Origin: Dictyostelium discoideum
Lineage: Eukaryota
Length of the DNA: 64,000 nucleotides
Assembly: GCA_000004695.1 (NCBI GenBank)
Contig: CM000153.2
Span: 2,272,001 to 2,336,000 of the forward strand
Direction of reading: 5' to 3'
Made by a program: the position numbers and the translations under genes. The notes under the pieces were generated by a model, which worked only from the letters and a program-made list of their open reading frames with translations, was not told the origin of the DNA and did not search any database. Shown here piece after piece: positions 58,988 to 64,000 of the stretch; the stretch's first letter is position 1; each line of letters begins with the position of its first letter.

Positions 58988-59051
58988 TTTATTGGTTTGC
59001 ATTATTTCATTTTGAATATTAATAGAAAATGAAATAATGCAAACCAATAAA
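58988..59051. repeat. Perfect inverted repeat (26-bp arms, 12-nt loop), a hairpin-forming element
   Basis: The left arm is tttattggtttgcattatttcatttt (58988-59013) and the loop is gaatattaatag. The right arm aaaatgaaataatgcaaaccaataaa (59026-59051) is the exact reverse complement. A third copy of the arm with one mismatch sits at 59157-59180. Confidence 0.8.
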
Positions 59052-59828
59052 TTAAAAATAAAAAAAAAAAAAAAACAAAAAAAATAAAATAATATTGATA
59101 ATTATTGATTCGGTTTCCCATGCATGATTTCTTTATAATTAATTTAATTTTTTTTTTTGGTTTGAATTATTTCATTTTCAAAAAATTAAGACGTTGAAAA
59201 GATATAAATCTTTTTTTTTTTTTTTTTTTTTTTTTTATTATTTTTTTATTTTTTTATTTTTATTTTTTTTATTTTTATTTTATTTTTTTTTTTATTTTTC
59301 AAAATTTTTTTTTTTTATTTTTAATTAAATTCCATTAATGTTTTTTCAGATTAAGATGAATTGAATTCAAAGAGTCAATTTTAATTATTTTTAATTTTTT
59401 TTTTTTCAACATGACCGTTGGAAATGAAATTAAACCGTACTGAGTCCTTTTCTAAATCTATTCAAATGAAAATGATTTTAATTGAATAGATTTTGTACAA
59501 TTTATTTATTTTTAATTTAATTTAATTTTTTTAAATATTTTCCATATCTCTGAGTCAAATATAAATAGGATTTTTTTTTCTTTTATTCATTTTTTTTTTC
59601 ACAATTACAAAATAATAGTTTCTTTATATAGTAATAAATAAAACAATAAAAAAGATAATTTGATAATTAAATAATAATAATAATTTTTTTTTTTAAACAA
59701 AATTAATAATAATTCCAAAAAAATTATCCAATATTTATTACATGTATAATAATAAAATTAATTATAAAATTGATAATAAAAAAATAAAATATATTTATAA
59801 AATTAAAATAAAATAAAATAAATTTAAA

Positions 59829-60149
59829 ATGAAAATGAAAAATTTTCTATCAAAATCTCTTTTAGTATTACTAATTGGTTTAATTGGAGTTAAAAGCGCT
59901 GATTTATCAGACTGTTTCTCTTCACGTTCAACTTGGTACGAAGCCATTCAACATGGAAATTGTGGTTATGAACAATTGACTGGAAAACTTGGACCTGGTA
60001 ATCTTATGATTGCCGCTGCTGCTACTGCACTTTATAATGGTTCTTTTGCTTGTGGTGAGTGTTATGAAATTTATGGACCAGGGGGTACTGGTAAAGTAAT
60101 GGTAAGTTTTTTTTTTTTTCCATTTTTTCCTTTTTTATTTCGACAAACT

Positions 60150-60184
<35 letters not shown>

Positions 60185-61137
60185 AGATTGTTGATCAATG
60201 TCCAGATCCAGGTTGGTGTGATACTCCATTCCCACATTTAGATTTAAGTCCAACAGCATTTAATACTACAATTGGTAGTACAGTTGGTGTTGCAATGACA
60301 ACAGTTAAAAAGGTTAGTTGTGATGTTACTGGTAATATTAAAGCCTATATGAAAGATGCAGCTACAACAAATACATGGTTTGAATTTATGGTATTTAATC
60401 ATAGAGTTGGTATTGCATCAATTTCAGTTGAGGATTCAAAGGGTACCATTACATCACTTCCAAGAAGATTATACAATTATTGGACATACAATGGTAATGC
60501 AGCCAGTTTCCCAGTGATTGCACATGTTTATTCAATCTATGGTGACCAAGTTGATATCTATCTCACCTCATCAGCTGGTGCTCAATTATATGAAGGTGTT
60601 GGCCAATTTGCAGATCCAGCAACTACATTTGCCGATGATTGTACAGCTCCATTCCCAGTTGACACCGATGGTTACATCTATGATAATGGTTTAGTTAAAC
60701 CATTGAATTATAATCATCCAAATTTAGGTTGGTCCGATTGGTCAAATGGAGTAACCGTCAATTGGGCAGATTCTTCAACACCAGGTGCTGATTCAACTTC
60801 AAAGGTTGTTGCAAGTGGTACACTCGCCTATAATACAGGTATTCAAATTGGTACTGATTTACCAGTAGAATGGGAAGGTAGATTCACCGCTTTGGAATTT
60901 TACATTAAAGCTGATAAAGATTTCACTGGTTTAGTTGTCGAATATAATGGTGCTTCAAAATCTCAAACACCATCACTCACAACTACTTGGACAAAATACA
61001 CTTATGATCTAACCAAGGATTTAGGTGCACCTGCTTCACTCGGTAAACCAGCTGCTCTTAAATTTAGAAATAATGGTTCAGGTTCTGTTAAAGTTTATTT
61101 AGATAAAATACGTTTAACTCCAGTTGCCTCTAGTTAA
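59829..61137 (+). CDS. Expansin-like protein (DPBB domain plus C-terminal beta-sandwich); join(59829..60101,60187..61137)
   Basis: The signal peptide and DPBB signature STWYEAIQHGNCGYEQLTGKLGPGNLMIAAAATALYNGSFACGECYEI are present. The donor is GTAAGT at 60102, and an 85-nt intron ends in ttAG at 60185-60186, continuing IVDQCPDPGWCDTPFPHLDLSPTAFN. About 407 aa. Confidence 0.75.
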
Positions 61138-61235
61138 TTAATTATTAATGAAACTAAAAATAAAAATAAATAAAAAAATAAAAAATAAAAAAAATGATTT
61201 GAAAATGTACATAAAACTTTATATTTAAATAATTT

Positions 61236-62456
61236 TTATCTTCTTGTACTTCTTTGAGACATTCTTTGACTTTGTTGAGGTTCTTCCTCCTCTTCTTCAT
61301 CCTCTTCAATTGTGACTTGTTTTCTTAAATTACCTCTTTGTTGAGGTCTTTTTTGAACTCTTTGTTGAGATTCTTCTTCTTCATCTTCATTATTATTATT
61401 ATTATTATTATTGTTATTATTATTATTATTATTATTATTTTGATTATTATTTTGATTATTATTTTGATTAAATTGAGTATTTTTATTTGTTTTTGGAGTT
61501 CTACCTCTTGTTGAATTTACATTTTGAGGATCAAAAGTACCTTCATCTTTTTCTTTTTGTTCAATTTCTTTTAAGATAATGGAATCAGGTTCACTACCAT
61601 AAATATCAGAGATAGAATTTAGAATGAATCTTTTGGATGATTCAGTTGAAGATCTTTGACCCATTTCATAGACCCAAATGATTTGATTATCGACTACATT
61701 CTTTCTACGAGTTAGGTATTGCTCTCTACAGAATTTCTCTAATAATTTTTCAAGATCACCATAAACTGGATGAGGTTCATTCTGAGAGAAACCCAATACC
61801 GATAGGAATTGTAATAATTGTGGTGACTCAACATGACCATTTTCCAAAAATATGATTGATAATATAATTGTCAATAAAGTGAGATTCTCTTTTTGTATCA
61901 TTGATTCTCTGTTTTCAATTGGATCGATGCTATCCAATTGTCTCACTGCTTCATAGTCATTTAAATTCTTTAAGATATAAGTTGACGATTCTTTGCCTTT
62001 TTTCTTCAACTCTACAACTTCATAACCAAAGAATTCCTTTAAATATTCTCTACCAGCTTTATAAACAAAACCTTGTAAACTCTTATCTTTAAATCTTGCC
62101 AATATGATCTTATTAATTTCTGTCTTTGTAATTGGTACTTTCTTTCTATTTGAAAATAATAAAAGTCTAACATATTCATAAACTAATTTATAACGCTCTT
62201 CTTCTGTTAATTCTGATCTAGTTGTAGTTGTTGTTGTTGTTGTTGTGCTTGTTGAACTTTGTTGTGATTGTGTTGTTTTTCTTGGTGTTGCTCTTTTTCT
62301 CTTATTTCCAACTTCTTCTTCCTCTCCTTCACTAAATTCCTCAGGGCTCTCCTCTTCCTCCTCCTCCTCCTCCTCCTCCTCTTCAGATGACGATGATGAT
62401 ATTTCATCCCTTCTTGCAGGTTTACGTTGTTGTGATTGTTGTGATCTTCTTGACAT
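61236..62456 (-). CDS. MAGE-homology-domain protein (Nse3/NSMCE3-like, Smc5/6 complex)
   Basis: A single ORF. The acidic Ser/Glu N-terminus is followed by the MAGE homology domain (RYKLVYEYVRLLLFSNRKKVPITKTEINKIIL...LLTIILSIIFLENGHVESPQLLQFLSVLG...IIWVYEMGQRS) and an Asn/Gln-rich tail. Confidence 0.65.
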   Translation of the reverse strand: MSRRSQQSQQRKPARRDEISSSSSEEEEEEEEEEEESPEEFSEGEEEEVGNKRKRATPRKTTQSQQSSTSTTTTTTTTTRSELTEEERYKLVYEYVRLLLFSNRKKVPITKTEINKIILARFKDKSLQGFVYKAGREYLKEFFGYEVVELKKKGKESSTYILKNLNDYEAVRQLDSIDPIENRESMIQKENLTLLTIILSIIFLENGHVESPQLLQFLSVLGFSQNEPHPVYGDLEKLLEKFCREQYLTRRKNVVDNQIIWVYEMGQRSSTESSKRFILNSISDIYGSEPDSIILKEIEQKEKDEGTFDPQNVNSTRGRTPKTNKNTQFNQNNNQNNNQNNNNNNNNNNNNNNNNNEDEEEESQQRVQKRPQQRGNLRKQVTIEEDEEEEEEPQQSQRMSQRSTRR

Positions 62457-62461
62457 ATTTA

Positions 62462-62473
62462 GAATTTTAATAT

Positions 62474-62540
<67 letters not shown>

Positions 62541-62545
62541 TTTGT

Positions 62546-62576
<31 letters not shown>

Positions 62577-62600
62577 TTTTATTTATTTTATTTATTTTTA
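62462..62600 (+). repeat. (ATTT)n microsatellite, about 30 units, abutting the MAGE gene start codon
   Basis: tatttatttattt... runs from 6 nt upstream of the ATG (complement 62454-62456) through the MAGE/SCP2 divergent promoter region. Confidence 0.9.
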
Positions 62601-62841
62601 TTTTTTATTTTGTAAACGAAAGTAAAAATGAGATATCCATCGAAATCCAAAAATATAAATCAATTGCGCTACATGAAATTTGAATTTTTTTTTTTTTTTT
62701 TTATTTTATTTTTTATTGTTTTTTATTTTTTTTAATTTTTTAATTTTTAATTTTTTTTTTTTTTTATTTTTTTTTAATTTTTTAATTTTTTTTCATTATC
62801 TTTTTCTACACCCCCAACACACTATTTAAATATTAATTAAA

Positions 62842-63972
62842 ATGTCAAGTAAATTCTTTAATGACCTCGATGCCACCATTAAGAAAGATGGTACTTTAGC
62901 TCAAAAAATCAAAGGTATCTATCAATTTGATATCACTGAAAATGGTACTGTCAAACATTACTCTGTTGATTTGTAAGTTTTAAATCTTTACACTATTTAT
63001 ACTTTTTTTTTTTTTTCATTATTATTTCATTCGTTCGTTCGAGATCCTTTTTATTCAAATATCATTCGTTTTTTTTCTTTTATTTTTATTTTTTATTTTT
63101 TATATTTTTTTTTTTTTTTTTTAGTCACCACTTCTTTTAGTTCATCATCATCATCTCATCATCATCATCACATAATTCTTAATCAAAATTAAGATTAATT
63201 ACAAACATAATTATAGGATAAGATTAAATAAAAAAAAATTAAAAAAATAAAAATAAAAAACTAATTTTGAAAAATAATAATATTAAAGAAAAACTGCTCC
63301 AGGTTCATTCAAAGTTGGTAAACATGAAAAACCAGAATGTACTATTATTGTAAATGAAGAAGATTTCGTTCAAATTCTTGAAGGTAAATTATCTGAACAA
63401 ACTGTACGTAATAAAATTAATTATTTTAATAAATGATTATGTATATATACATATATTAATATATAAAATAAAAAAAAAAATAGGCATTCATGAAAAAGAA
63501 ATTAGCAATTAAAGGTAATATGGCATTAGCAATGAAATTCCGTTCAATTGTAAATGCTGTAAAGAATAACACAAAATCAGCACCAGCTCCAGCAGCAGCA
63601 ACTACCACTGCACCAGCAGCAGGTGGTCTTGATGATGGTACACTATTAGGTAAAGAATTTGAAAAATTATCAAAAACTGTTATTGCAAATCCAGACTTAG
63701 TTAAAAAGATCAATGGTGTATATCAATTTGATATTGATACCAAAAAATACACTGTCGACTTAAAGAATAATAAAGGTTCAGTTAGTGTTGGTCCAGCTCC
63801 AAAAGCTGATTGTACCATCACAATGAAGGAAGCAGATTTCCTCTCTTTAATGTCTGGTAAATTAAATGGCCAAACTGCCTTCACTAAAGGTTTATTAAAA
63901 ATCAAAGGTAATATGGGTTTAGCCATGAAATTAGGTCAAATCACAAAAGCTAAACCACAAGCTAAATTGTAA
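62842..63972 (+). CDS. Tandem SCP2 (sterol-carrier/nonspecific lipid-transfer) domain protein; join(62842..62972,63289..63403,63484..63972)
   Basis: Exon 1 (MSSKFFNDLDATIKKDGTLAQKIKGIYQFDITENGTVKHYSVD+TT) ends at a GTAAGT donor at 62973. The acceptor aaAG is at 63287-63288, and exon 2 reads KTAPGSFKVGKHEKPECTIIVNEEDFVQILEGKLSEQT. A GTACGT donor at 63404 and acceptor tAG at 63482-63483 lead to exon 3, AFMKKKLAIKGNMALAMKF, then a second full SCP2 domain (...GKLNGQTAFTKGLLKIKGNMGLAMKL). About 244 aa. Confidence 0.7.
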
Positions 63973-64000
63973 ATAATCATGTTCCTAATAAATAAAAAAA

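Overview
The window is AT-rich eukaryotic nuclear DNA with long A/T homopolymers, (AAT)n and (CAA)n coding microsatellites, and short GT..AG introns of about 80-320 nt, often starting GTAAGT, GTATGT or GTAATT. This is typical of Dictyostelium discoideum (social amoeba) chromosomal sequence. It is not prokaryotic, so operon or defence-island logic does not apply.

I could support about 26 protein-coding loci and reconstructed exon-intron structures by hand from the ORF track frames. Recognisable housekeeping genes are:
- gamma-glutamylcysteine synthetase (gcsA, 4 exons)
- PRPP synthetase (2 exons)
- GPI-anchor subunit PIG-F (3 exons)
- the Hsp70 nucleotide-exchange factor Fes1/HspBP1
- an MRG-binding protein/Eaf7 homologue
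- the multi-RRM protein Mrd1/RBM19
- a WDR37-like WD40 protein
- a MAGE/Nse3 protein
- a tandem SCP2 lipid-transfer protein
- a cytochrome P450
- a CAMK-like kinase
- a DOCK180-type GEF carrying a (AAT)n-encoded run of about 50 Asn

Dictyostelium-specific families are also present: FNIP-repeat genes (one intact B-box+FNIP gene and two decayed copies), a frizzled/smoothened-like (fsl) receptor, an expansin-like protein, and several secreted or membrane Ser/Thr/Gln-rich proteins.

The more unusual items are:
- a 66-aa two-exon gene missed by the ORF track
- an ATG-only first exon for the gene at 15.6-17.9 kb
- an inverted plus direct partial duplication (pseudogene fragments) of a secreted-protein gene
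- a perfect 26-bp-arm hairpin in an intergenic region
- FNIP loci with in-frame stops

I found no tRNA/rRNA genes, CRISPR arrays or clear transposons. Manually derived coordinates may be off by 1-2 nt; homopolymer lengths in the text disagree with the ORF track at at least one place (about 55020-55055).
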